Source: Squalus acanthias (Eukaryota). From it: a stretch of DNA of 64,000 nt. The position numbers and the translations under genes were made by a program. Of the stretch, positions 11,492-24,360 are shown one piece after another; the stretch's first letter is position 1; each line of letters opens with the position of its first letter. The stretch spans positions 4,156,001-4,220,000 of the forward strand of contig JASTWF010000033.1 in the NCBI GenBank assembly GCA_030390025.1. Direction: 5' to 3'. The notes under the pieces were generated by a model, which ran no database searches, was not told where the DNA came from, and worked only from the letters and a program-made list of their open reading frames with translations.

Positions 11492-12746
11492 TGCAGGCTT
11501 CGCAAAATCCCCCAGAAACTCCAACAGAGCCCTAAAGGGAGTGATTTTTGTACCTTTCATACAAACTTGGGATGATGGGACCTAAGTGAAGTGATTTGAT
11601 GTAAAAACCTCAGTTTTGGAAAGATCAGGGAAGAAAAACCCTGAGAAAAATGATTTTTGAATCTTACTGTTGGGAGAGACACCTTTCACAGACACAAGAC
11701 AAGTTGCGGTGGGGCGTGGCCAGGCAGTGGACAGCTTTGGGTATTGGGGCCCAATCAAGCTGTCTGGGAATTGTTTACACTGCAAATCCTACCAAGGAGG
11801 AAGAGACAAACCAAAAACTCACACACACATCGAAATATGAATAATCCAAGACCCACTTTTGAATTTCCCAGGGCCAAACATGATACCAGAAGTCTGAAAT
11901 CAATAAAACATTTAGTGCTTCATCAAAACCCAATCAACCAGGTATCCACAGAACAGATTTAAAAACCCGCCAAAAGACCTAGGACAATAGGGTTGAGATT
12001 TGGCGCGTAGATTAGGCTGTGTTTAAATCGGAAAACGATCAGGTCATGTTTAACACTGAGCTAAAGTCATCGGAACTGGCAAGCCCGCCAAAACTAGACA
12101 ATGGACTTAGCAAGGTTCATTTGAACCTAAAGGAATCCGTTTTAGTAAGGGGTTTTTGGGCGCGAAAAAGAAAGAGTATAAATGAAAGCCTGTCCCATAA
12201 CTTCTCTCTCTTTCGGACTGGCTGACTACGCTGACACAGCTCTCTCCCTGCTCCAGCAAAAACCACTACAAGCCACGAGGAAGAAGGCCAGCAAGCAGAC
12301 CAGCACACAAGAAGAAACCAGAGCAACTGCCTCAGTGACCACCGGACACTTCGCAGCAACAAGGGCCTTACGAAAACTTTTAAACAAAAGAATCTAAAAT
12401 CCTGTCAAGGATTCGTTGGTGAGCATTATCCCTGAACTCCTGAAACCAAAAACCTAGCTAGATAGTGGGATATTTGGGAGGGATAAGGTTTTGTTTGGTA
12501 TATTGTCATTCTCCCTCCCTTGTACCGTGTGCTCCCCAATCTGTGTTTAAGTAATAAGTGTGTTTCAAGTTTGTTACCTTTTTCTTTTAATAAAGTAAAA
12601 TTCTTTCATCAGAACCTGTCGTCTACTGCAATTTTGTTCACAACCCCTAAATAAGTCCAACGTCTAGGAATCAGAAGGGTGTGGGAGCGATTCGAACCGC
12701 TCACTTAGTCAGAAAGCGAAGGCTGACCCCATTACCAGCCCCTACA
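11492..12746 (+). mobile_element. 3' LTR of endogenous retrovirus (1255 bp, TG...CA)
   Basis: Starts tgcaggcttcgcaaaa, ends ccctaca; agtataaa at about 12175, aataaa at 12589. Confidence 0.9.
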
Positions 12747-12779
12747 AAACTAACAGAGCTCCTCAAACTAATTCAGCAC

Positions 12780-13635
12780 CTCAAACTTGCAAAATGTGTG
12801 CATAATTGTCAACTAAATTCCTGCACAGATAAGTGTGACATATTGCATTTTGTTAAGAAAAATAATAAGGTCACATATTACGTGGAAAATAAGAATGTAA
12901 TTAAGATAGTGGACCAAATCGAACTTGGAGTACAAAGACAGAAATCACTAAAAGTAGCGGCACAGGTTAATAAATCATAAAAAGCAAACCACGTGCTCGG
13001 GTTTATTACTAGAGCGATAGTATTGGAAAGTGAAGAAGTTATGCTAAACCTGTATCGAACCTTGGTTGGACCACACGTGGAGCACTATGTATAGTTCTGG
13101 TCGCCATATTAGAAAAAAGAATATAGAGGCACTGGAAAGGATAAAAAACAAGAATTACAAGGATCATACCAGAAATCCGAGCTTATAAATATCAGGATAG
13201 AATGAACAGGTTGTGTCTCTTTTCACTTGAAAAGAGAAATTTAAGTTGTGACCTAATTGAGGTCTTTAAAATTGTGAAAGTTTTTAATAGCATAGATACA
13301 GAGAGAGTGTTTCCACTTGTGGGGAAGAGAAAAACTAGAGGCCTTAAATATAAGATAGTCACCAAGAAATCAAATAGGGAAATCCGAAGAAGCTACGTTA
13401 CCCAGCGAGTGGTGAGAATGTGGAACTCGCGAGCACAGGGAGTGGTTGAGGCAAATAAAATAGGTTAATTTAAGGGGAGGCTAGATAAGCACATGAGGGA
13501 GAAGGGAATAGAGGGTTATGCTGATAGAGTTCGATGAGGAAGGATGGGAGGCAGCTCGAGTGGGCATATAAGCTGGAACGGAGTGGTTAGATCGGGTGGC
13601 CTCTTTCTTTGCAGTATGTTCTATGTAATTTTATG
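12780..13635 (+). mobile_element. Degenerate CR1 LINE 3' end
   Basis: LFSLEKRNLSCDLIEVFKI, TQRVVRMWNS; tail tatgttctatgtaattttatg. Confidence 0.85.
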
Positions 13636-13765
13636 TGATCATAGAATCATAGATGAATCTGTCATCAAAGTATTTGTACTCCCAGATGTCTATTGTATTC
13701 TATCCCATTTAGATTCCTATTTTCAAAGTAATACGTGACCTACTTAATTTGCTTAACACAATGTA

Positions 13766-14675
13766 AGTGGTCAGCCGTGGCTCAGTGGGTAGCACTCTCA
13801 CCTCTGAGTCCGGAGGTAGTGGGTTCAGAGACCCACTCCAGAGACTTGAGCACAGGAATCTAGGCGGGCAGTAGAAAGGGAGTGCTGCACTGTCCGAGGT
13901 GCCGTTTTTCGGATGACACGTTAAGCTCTCTCAGGTGGACGTAAAAGTTCCCATGACATTATTTTGAAGAGGAGCAGGGGAGTTATCCCTCAATCAACGT
14001 GGGCATGTTAGCATAGTGGTTATGTTACTGTATTAGTAATCCAGAGGCCTGGACTAATAATCTGGAGACATGAGTCCAAATCTCTCCACGGCAACTGGGG
14101 TTTAAATTCAATTAATTAAATAAATCGGGAAAAAGAAAGCGAGTATCAGTAATGGCTACCATGAAACTAGCGGATTCTCGTAAAAACCCATCTGGTACCT
14201 AATGTCCTTTAGAGAAGGAAATCTGCCGTCCTTACCTGGTCTGGCCTATATGTGACACCTGACCCACAGCAATGTGGTTGACCCTTAACTGCCCCCCGAA
14301 ATAGACGAACCAGCCACTCAGTTGTACCACACCGCTACGACAAAGTCAGCACTGTGGGAGAACCTTCATAAAACGGACTCCAGCGGTTCATAAGTCAGCT
14401 CACCACTACCTACTCAGGGGCAATTAGGAATCAGCAATAAATGCCGGACTTGCCAGCGACGCCCCCTCCCGTTAATGAATAAAAACATCTAACAGACAGA
14501 TTATCTGGTCATTATCACTTTGCCGTTCGTGGGAGCTTGCTGTGTGCAAATTGACTGCTGCATTTCCTACATTGCAACAGTGACTACACTTTAAAAGTAC
14601 TTGATTGGCTGTAAAGAGATTTGGGACATCCTGAGGTCGTGACAGGCGCTATATAAATGAAAGTATTTCTTTCTT
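13766..14675 (+). mobile_element. tRNA-headed Deu-domain SINE (SacSINE1/AmnSINE1-like), split by a nested SINE
   Basis: Head gtggctcagtgggtagcac; Deu-like core gtgctgcactgtccgaggtgccgtttttcggatg...caggtggacgtaaaag; resumes at about 14486 and ends ggcgctatataaatgaaagt. Confidence 0.7.
13999..14485 (+). mobile_element. tRNA-derived SINE with LINE-derived tail, nested in the Deu SINE
   Basis: Head tagcatagtggttatgttact; 3' part matches the LINE tail at 1-178. Confidence 0.75.
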
Positions 14676-14679
14676 ACAG

Positions 14680-17600
14680 ATAGAGGCCATTCGGTCAATC
14701 GAGTCTACGTCTACACTTTCGATGAACCATTCAGTTATTCTTACTCCCTCACTCTTACCCCATAATCCTGTAATTATTCTCCTTCAAGCATTTATTCAAT
14801 TCCCTGTTGAAGGCTACTATTGAATCTGTACCCAGCACCCGATCAGGCAGTGAATTCCAAATCCTAACTACTCGCTGGGTGAAAATGTTTTAGCTCATGT
14901 CGCATCTGGTTCTTCTGCCAATCACCTTAAATCTGAGCCCTCTGGTTATTGACCCTTCAGACATTGGAAACAGTTTCTATTTATTTACTCTAATTAAATA
15001 ATTCATGATTTTTAGTATCTCCATCAAATCTCCTCTTAGCACTCGGTGCTCCAAGGAAAACAAACCCCAGCTTCATCAATCTATTCACGTAATTGCAATC
15101 CCTCATCCCTGCAACCAAATGGGGAATCTCTTCTGAACCCTCTTCAAAGCCTTCACGTCTTTTTTAAAGTGAGGTGAACAACATTGGACACAATACTCCA
15201 GCTGGGGCCGAACTAGTGTATTTTATACGTTAACATAACTTCCTGTCTTTTGTCCTCTGTGCGTCTATTTATAAAGGCCAGGATCCTGTCTGCTTTATTA
15301 ACTGCTTTGTTTACCTTTCCGGCCACCTTCAAAAACTTGTGCAGAATCACCCCCTGGTCTCTCTGTTCTTGCACCCAATTTATCATTGTAATATTTAGCT
15401 GGTACTGTCTCGCCTCATTCTTCCTACCAAAATGAATCATCTCACACCTTTCTGCGTTGAATTACATCTGCCAAATGTCTGCCCATTCCACTAGCCTGTC
15501 TATTTCCTCTTGAAGTCTATTACCTGCTTCCTCAGTGGTTACCACACTTCCAAATTTCGTGTCAACTGCAAAGTTTAAAACATGCCCTTTACCCACAAGT
15601 CCAATCATTAATGTTTATCAAAGCAGCAGTGGTCTTGGTAGAGAACGCCGGGGAACACCACGGAATACCTCCCTCCAGTCCGAAATACAGCGCCTCACCA
15701 CAACTCTCTGTTTTCATCCATAAGCCAATTTTATATCCATGCTGCTACTGTCCCTTTTATCCCATGGGCTTCAAATTTGCTAACAAGCCTCGTTTGTGGT
15801 ACTTTATCAAACCTCTATTGAAAGCCTATATACACAACTCCAACTGCACTTCCCGGCCTCTCTGTTAACTGAACAAAAATCTCAATCACGTTATGCAAAC
15901 ATGATTTGCCCTTTACAAATCCGCGCTGGCTCTCCTTTATTAGTCCAGACTTTTCCAAGTTTCTGTTAATTTTCACCCGGATTATTGTTTTTATAAATCT
16001 TCCCCACACCGACATTAAACTGACTGGTCTGTACTTGCCAGGTTTTTACTTCTACCCTTTTTTGAACAAGGTTGTTAAGTTTGCATTCCTTCCGGTCTCC
16101 GCAGCACCATTGTATCTGAGGAGACTTTGAATATTGTGATCAGAACATCCACAATTTCTACCCTTACTTCCACAACATCCTCGGTTGCATCCCATCCGGA
16201 CCGGTTGACTTAGCCACTTTAATTACCACCAGCCTTTCAAGTAAATCCTCGCTATCTAATATTTTTTATCACATCTAATATCCCAGCAAACTCCTCGTTT
16301 ACTATAGCTTCGGCAAAGTCGTCTTCCTTGGTAAACACCGACACAAAGTATGCATTTACTACCTCAGCCATGCCTTCTGCATTCACTAATACATGTCAAT
16401 CCTGGTCTGTAATCGGCCCCACCGTTCCTCTGACAACGCTTTTACTCTTATTGTGCCTATGGAAGAGCTTTGGATTCCTCTTTATGTTAGCGGCTAATAT
16501 ATGCCTTTACTGTCTCTTTTTCCCCTCTTACTTACTTTTTCACTTCCCCTCAGAACTTTCTATATTCAGCCTGATTCTCCCTACATTATCAAGCTGACAT
16601 CTATCATTCGCCCCCTTTTTTCTGCTTTCCTACTCGCCAATTCCTTCACCTTCCAGGGAGCTCTGGCTTTGTTTGCCCTCCATTTCCACCTTGTATGAGT
16701 TACCTAGACTGTACCCGAAACATCTCCTCTTTAAAGGCCGCCCATTGCTCCATTACATTTTGCCTGCCACTCTTTGACTCCAATTCCTCCCGGCCAGATC
16801 CCTCCGCAATTCGCTGAAATCAGCCATCATTCAATTAAGTATTTTTATTCTACATTGCTCCATGTCCTTCTCCATAACTAATCAAAACCTTCCAATACTA
16901 AGATCACTATTCCCACTTTGACATTCTCCACTTGACCCACTTCATTCCCCAGGACTAGAACCAGCAATGCCTCCTTCCTCGTTGTGCAGAAATCATACTG
17001 ATCAAGAAAAATCTGCTGAGCCCTCTTCAGAGATTCTTCCCCTCCCTGCCCTTAACACAGTTACTATCCCAGTCTCTATTGGTGTTGCTAAAGTCTCGCA
17101 TTATCGCCACTGTATTGCTCTTGCACCTCTCAGTAATTTATTTGCTATTCTTCTCCTCTATCACCAACCCACAGTTTGTCCCATAAATACAGCAGACAGT
17201 CTAATAGCTCCTCTATTGTTTCTCAATTCCAACCAAATAAATGTTGTCTTTGACCCCGCAAGGGCATTCTCTCTTTCTAGAACTGGAATATTTCCCTAAA
17301 TCTGAAATGCTACCCCTCCTCCTTTTGTCCCTTCCCTCTCTTGTACCAAGTAATATTAACCATCCAATCCTCTCCTTTTTATGCCAATCTCTGTTAACGC
17401 CACTACATCGTATTCCCAAGCGACTATTTACGTCTGCAGCTCACCAAGCTTATTAACCACACTTTGAGCATTTACACACTTAGAACTCTATTAACTTGAA
17501 ACCTCTCTCCCAGTTCTCTGTGCTCCTTTTTTTCTACCTTTTAATATTACATCCTGGTGGACAATCCCCCGTCGAATTAGTTGAAACCGACCCCAACAGC

Positions 17601-18850
17601 AATCGTTAACGTGCCCAAAAGAATATTGATCCCAGCTCAGTTCAGGTACTACCCGTCCATGTTGAACAGGTCCCTCCTGCGACAGAACTGTTTCGAATGT
17701 TCCAGGTAACTGAAACCCTCCCTCCTGCATCATGTCTCTAGACATGCATTAACCTTCCAGATCTTTCTATTCTACTTTCACGAGCACTGGGAGTAATCCA
17801 GAGATTACCATCCTTGAGGTCCTGCTTTTTAACTTCTCCCTGGCTCATTAAAATCTGAGTGCAGGACCACAGCCCTCTTTCTCCCTATGTCGTTGGTCCT
17901 GACATTGATCAGGACTTCTGGCTCTTGGTGAAGAATGTTCTGCACCCTCTCCGTAATTTCAATTACCCTAGCAACAGGCAGGCAGCATAGCATACGGTTT
18001 TTACGTCGACGGCATCAGGACTGCCTGTCCGTCCCCCTGAATATAGAATCCCAAATTACTACTGTATTCTTACACGTTGCTATTGCCCCTGTGCAATCTT
18101 TGCCTCACGGTGCCCGGCTCGGCACTGCACATCTTTAAGATGTCATCACCTTCACCAGTAAGCAATGGAGAATTTCGGTTTGAGAGTGCCACAATCCCGG
18201 AGGATACCTGCACTGCCTGCCTCGTCCCACCCTTGTGAGTGGCCACCAACTTGCCATTCTGAATTCCATCAGTCTGTGCAGTATCCACCTCCTGGGACCT
18301 GCGATCCAGGACACACTCAGCCACCCGTATGTCCTGCAGTGAATCCAGCTGCCGCTCAAGATCAGAAACCCTCAGCATGAGTTCGGGCCCCTGGAGGCAC
18401 TTAATGCAAAAATGGGCATCCGGGACTCCTGAAGCGTCCTGAAGTTCGCACATGGCGCAGGAATTGCAGGCTTCGCGTCGTAGCTGTCGCTCCACCCTAA
18501 TTAGAAACTTAAAATAAACTACTTAGATACACGGTGATTCATAGAATTGCTGTTAACTATGTCTAAACTGCACAGCAAATATTATATCCGCTCTCAAACC
18601 AAACTAACCAATGACTAAATCATTTACCGAAGCTTAACAGGAACTACGAGTTACAATATACAAACAAGCTTAATATTGGATATTTAATTTAGAATTATTG
18701 ACTGCACTCCTTCTTTTGAGCTGGACATGAGAATCTGCATTTCTCCTCTCCACCGAATTTTTACTATCACCTCATTCAAATGCTTCCATCCAGCTTGCGA
18801 TCCAGTCCGATTGTGTTTTACTGAGCTCTGCCTCCCTGACTCTGATTATA
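14680..18850 (-). mobile_element. Near-full-length, internally deleted, decayed CR1 LINE (ORF1 zinc finger/esterase at about 17490-18500, ORF2 fragments below)
   Basis: ACNSCAMCELQD..HFCIKC..LRVSDLERQL (ORF1); SQRGFVKGKSCL, MIHFGRKN (ORF2). Confidence 0.85.
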
Positions 18851-18877
18851 TTTAATTTCATTATATTAGAAATTAGT

Positions 18878-20215
18878 CATAGTCATGGAGTCGTAACGGC
18901 ACTGAAGGAGGCCATTCGGCCCATTGTGTCCGTGCCGGCACTCTGTGGAGCGATCCAGTCACTCCCATTCCCCCGCTCTATCCCCGTAGCCCTGCACGTT
19001 TATTTCCCTCAAGTGCCTATCCAGTCTCCCCTTCAAAACACTGATTGTCTCCGCTTCTACAACTTCCGTCGGCAGCGAGTTCCAGGTCCTCACCACTCGC
19101 TGCGTAAAAAAGTTTTTCCTCACATCTCCCCTGCATCTGTTGCCAAAACCTTAAATCTGTGTCCCCTAGTCCTTGTACCACCAACTCGTGGCACAGCCTT
19201 TCCCCGTTTAACCTAGCCAAACCCGTCAGAATCTTGTACACCTCTGACAAATCACCCCTCAAAATCCTTTGCTGTAATGAAAACAAATCCAGTTTCTCCA
19301 ACCTGTCCTTGTAGATAAGATCACCCATCCCCGGAACCATTCTGGTAATTCTGCTCTGCAGCCTCGCAAGGGCCTTCACATCCTTCCTACGGTGTGGTGA
19401 ATAGAACTGGACGCGAAACTTTAGTTGTAGCCTAACCAGCGCTTTATAAAGGTTAAATATAACTTCTCAACATTTGAACTCAATACCTCTACTTATGAAG
19501 CCCCAGATCCCATATTCTTTGCTAACCACTCTCTCAATATGCCATGCCACCATCAGGGACATATGCATATTAACTCCCAGGTCCCTCTGTCCCTGCACAC
19601 TCTTTAAAATTGTGCCATTAAGTGTATATTGCCTCTGTCTCTTCCTTCTTCCAAAATGCATCACCTCACGCTTCTCTGTATTAAATTCCATCTGCCACTT
19701 GTCTGCCCATTCTGCTAGCCTTTCTATGTCCTGCTGTAGTCGATTAATATCATCATCACTGTTTGAATCACCGCCAAGTTTGTTGTCATCGGCAAATTTA
19801 GAAATTCTAATCTGTATTCCAATATCCAGCACTGACACTTGGGAAACACCACTATCTACCATCCTCCCGTCCGAAAAAACAACCATTTACCACAACTCCC
19901 TGTTTTCTGTCATTGAGGCAATTTCTTATCCAAGCTGCCAGTGATCCACCTATTCCAGGAGCCTCAATTTTTAACCAGCCTTCTCTGTGGTACTTTGTCA
20001 AACGCCTTCTTAAAATCCATGTAGACAACATTCATTGCATTCCCTTCATCAATCCCCTCTGTAACTTCGTCAAACAATTCAATTAGATTAGTCAAACACG
20101 ATCTGACTTTTACAAATCCGCGTTGGCTCTCTTTAATTAGCTTAAACCTCTCCAAGTGACCGTTAATTATTTCATTGATTATTGTTTCTAAAACTTTACC
20201 CACCACTGATGTTAA
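18878..20215 (-). mobile_element. 5'-truncated CR1 LINE
   Basis: VVYMDFKKAFDKVP, ISKFADDNKLGG, LRGDLSEVYKIL. Confidence 0.9.
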
Positions 20216-20229
20216 AATTAATTAATAGC

Positions 20230-20650
20230 TTCTGCTTCAATGTTTTTATTGATACCTTGTGCTTTTCTGTCCTTTCCCCTATTTTTAAGGACCAAACTCA
20301 CTCACAGTGTCAGCTGCCAACTTGAGCTCCTGCCCACGGTAACGACAACTGATGAATATTAACCAGGGGCTAAAACCAGATGACATCACAAAGGAGCCAG
20401 GAGTCAATCACACAGCAGCCAGCGCACGCCCCGCCCACTGGCGGTGTGACAGGGAGACATGGCCAGGCTCAGCTCCTGGTGCAGTCTCACTGGACTGGAG
20501 CAGAGGTTGCAGGATCGGTCCATTAGTGTTGTGGCCCTGTCTCCGATTCCAGCTCCCGCCTAACGACGTCACTTGCAGGGAGCACAGCCTCGCAACTTTA
20601 ATCTTCACGACTCCTGTCTCCCGACTTCGTAATGTGAAGTCCCACAATCA
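20230..20650 (-). pseudogene. Unknown gene family, copy M0: promoter module plus non-coding exon 1 with GTGAGT donor at about 20300
   Basis: Homologous to 37800-38230 in inverted orientation. Confidence 0.6.
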
Positions 20651-20699
20651 AATGCCCGCGCACCACCCGTCCACGTCATCCTTCATCGAACCGAAGATC

Positions 20700-22600
20700 T
20701 TGCAAGCTGAATTCAGCAGGATGCGGTAAAGAGATGTTTTGCTGCTGATGGACGGAAATGTCCCAAGGGCAGTGTTGCCGCATTTAGATAGATGAGCAAG
20801 GTGGGCATTGGCGATTGTGACTGAACATGTCCTTCCTCTTTCGCATCACTGTCTTGTCTCTTGCACAGTCCTGCAAATGTGCTGTCAGGAAATGCAGGAC
20901 ATCTGAAGAACGGATCTGGTCATCAAAGGGGAGCTAAAAAAAAAGAATTGAAGAGGACAAAGTTTGATGTCACACACCCGCAGTATCCCAGCAGCAACTA
21001 CAGGAACATGATAATGTACAGCGGGAGCATACAGGGGCTGATCTCTAGAGTTTGCTATTGGACCCGCCGTGTTAGTGTTGCAGGTTCCAAGGATCAGCTC
21101 CTGTGGTTGAGATGTTTCGGGCTCTTGTGCTGATCTCTGTGAGTGTGCAGAATGTACCTGATTGCAGACCAGCGCTGGGTACATGATTTAATTGGTCAAT
21201 GAAGGTGTATGTCAGTCTAACAGGCCAATTCCAACCAAACATTAAACTACTTATCCCAATTTGCAACCTGGATCATCTGTTATTCATCTTTGGGAGAGGT
21301 GGCAGGATGTTTAATACCTTTTTTTGAGACATTTGTCCCGTATAGTTTTTCCATTGAATGTTTGTTCCAATGCCTGGTCAGTATCTGTAGAACTGAAAGG
21401 GACAGAATAGTGATTGGTTCACCATCATCCAGGGATGGACTGAACCAGCCTGATTTCGTGCAGAATCCTACACAAAACACCAGACATCTTTGTGACAATG
21501 TCTAAAACTCTAATGTAGGAGGATAAAATAAATGGAGGTGGAACATTGTGGAAAAGAAGATGTTTGTACTTAAAAAGGAATGGAATATTTTCCACTCTAA
21601 AGTTTGAGTGTCTGGTTTCAGTGTGTCAGGGAATGTGAAAAGTGAGACTGCTTTTCCTTTACAGCAGCTGACACCATACTCGGGGCTGGAGGATTCGGAA
21701 TGCTGTTTAAGCAGCAGCAAAAATCTCGTGAATTCCTGTAACGATAAAGCTTCCACTTATCTATTTAGTCCTCCTTTTCTTTTTTCCAATCCTTTTCATC
21801 AATCCCGATCAGAGGGATGCAGATAGAAAGGCTATTGACACAATTAACAGAGAGGCACCATTATGCACCTGTCCCTTACCTCCCTCCCATGACAAATGCT
21901 GTGAATGTTGTGGGCACAGAAGCTCCACTTTGCTTCACCAGAGGAAGCCTTGCGAATAACTGAGGTGGAGGAACAGCATCACGAGCCTCCACCCCTTTTT
22001 ACTTGCCTTTGCCCCGGGAAATAAGCATTCCCCAGATCCATAGAAGAGGAAATTTGGGGTCTTTCTCATGTCCACCGAATGCTCCTCCTGTGCATGTATG
22101 ATTTGCCAGCTGCCAAATCCAGCTCCTGCCCGCGGCAACTATACCTGATGAATTGTAAACAGCGGCTTCAACATGTCTCCAGGTGACATCACAAAGGGAG
22201 CATGGAGCCAATCACACAGCAGCCAGCGCAGGCCCCGCCCACTGGCGGTGTTACAGGGTGTCATGGCCAGGCTCTGCTCCTGGTGCAGTCTCACTGGACT
22301 GGAGCACAGTTTGCATGATCTGCACATTTGAGTTATGGACCTATCTCTGAGCCCCTCTCCTGCCTAACGACGCCTCAGGCAGAGAGCACAGCCCCCAATA
22401 TTTCATTTTATTACTCTTGCATCCCAAACTCCTAATGTGAGGTCCCAGTATTCAATGTCCTCCACCTCCCAATGTCTCCTAATATTTTTCCTCTCCTTTG
22501 CAACTGGGAACTAAGCATTCCCCAGACTCATAGAAGAGTAGTATAGGTACTAGTGTTACATCCAAACATTCCTCCTGCTGTCAATGTATGATGTAAATCT
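20700..22600 (-). pseudogene. Unknown gene family, copy M1: promoter at about 22130-22245; putative exons at about 21388-21277, 21157-20978 and 20933-20836
   Basis: Collinear with 42790-44900 and partly with 39370-40700; the 180-nt and 98-nt segments are open. Confidence 0.6.
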
Positions 22601-24360
22601 GCACTTTAACTCCATTTACCTGCCTTGATTCCATAACCCTTGATACGCTTGCCGAACAAAAATCTATCAATCTCAGTTTTGAAATTTTCAATAAACTAGC
22701 CTCAACAGCATTTTGGGGGAGAGAGTTCCAGATTTCCATTCTGTTTTGGTTGAAGAAGTGCTTCCTGAATAATCCATTAATAACCCAGATCTCATTTAAA
22801 GTTTATGCCCCTTTGTTCTCGACAAACCCAGCAGAGGAGAACCTTTCTCTGCACCTACCCTATCAACTCATTTTAATTATCTTAAGTACCTCAATTAGAT
22901 CACTGGTTATCTTCTTCACTCGCGGGAAAAGAAGCCCCGTCTGTGCAGCCTGTCCTCAAAATTTAACCCTTTCTGCCCCGGTATCATTTTGGTGAATCTG
23001 CGGTGACCAGACTGAACACTACTGTAAATGGGGTCTAAGCAGAGCTTCATATAACTTACATCAATTGCACTCCTCCGTATTCCAGCCGCTTCAGATAAAG
23101 AACAACATTGCATTAGCATTTCTATTATTTTTTTTTGTGATTGTCCACTCACTTTTAGTAAGTTCTGTACTTGGACCACTAAATCTCGCTGCTCCACCAC
23201 CATTCCCAACATCTCACCATTTAGAAAATAACAATTTCTCACGTTAATATCCATCTGCCACGGTTTATTTCCAAATCACTTAATCAATGTCCCATTGCAA
23301 CCTTCTGCGCCCATCCACACCATTTACTGTGCCACCTAACTCGGTGTTGTCAACAAACATGGATATTTAGCATTCTATTTGTTCATCCAATAATTTATAA
23401 ATATGGAGGAAAGCCGAGGTCCCAGCACTGATCCCTGGGGGAAACCATTACTCAAATCCTGCCAATTTCAATATGTATCGATTAACCCTATTGTCTGTCA
23501 CGTACCTCCAAATCAATTCTCTACCCAGGTAAATAAATTGCCTCTAATTCCATCGCTCTCATTTATGTTAATATTCTTTTTGTGGAACCTTATCGAATGC
23601 CTTCTGCAAGTCCATAGATATAGCATCCATGGATACATACTTATCTACAACATTAGTTACCTGTTCAAAATATTCAGCTAGCATCGTTAGACACGACTCC
23701 GCCTTTACAAATCCATGCTGGCTCTCTCTGATCAGCTCATATTTGTCCAAGTGCTTAGTCACTCTGTTCCTAACAACAGATTCCAGTAACATCCGATAAC
23801 ATACGATCGAGTGATAGGTCAATAATTTCCTCGTTTTAATAGAATCATAGAATCATCGAAAGTTACAGGATGGAAGGAGAACATTTCGGCCCATCGTGTC
23901 CGCGCCGGCCAACAAAGAGCTATCCAGCCTAATCCCACTTCCCAGCTCTTGGGCCGTAGCCCTGAAGGTTAGAGCATCCCAAGTGCACATCCAAGTACTT
24001 TTTAAATGTGGTTCGGGTTTCTGCCTCTACCACCCTTTCAGGCAGTGAGTTCCAGACCCCCACAATCCTCTGGGCGAGGACATTTCCCCTCAATTCCCCT
24101 CTAAACCTTGCACCAATTACTATAAATCTGTGCCCCCTTGTTTTTGACCCCTCTGCTAAGGGAAATAGGTCATTTCTTTCCACTTTATCTAGGCCCCTCA
24201 TAATTGTATACACCTCAATAAGGTCTCCCCTCAGCCTCCTCTTATCGAATGCCTTCTGCATGTCCATATACATAGCATCCATGGTCACATCCTTATCTAC
24301 AACAGCAGTTACTTATTCAAAGTATTCAAATAGGCTCTTTGGACACGACTTACTCTTTAC
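22600..24360 (-). mobile_element. Old CR1 fragments (part of the duplicated segment) with a nested CR1 3' end at about 23840-24241
   Basis: ESQHGFVKAESCL, MDLQKAFDKVP, RRLRGDLIEVYTIM. Confidence 0.85.

Noticed and set aside
21113..21145. Possible Ig/TCR leader exon MFRALVLIS followed by GTGAGT on the plus strand
   Set aside because: Too short, ATG absent in the 44475 paralogue, no V segment or RSS seen; the opposite strand carries the longer conserved frame
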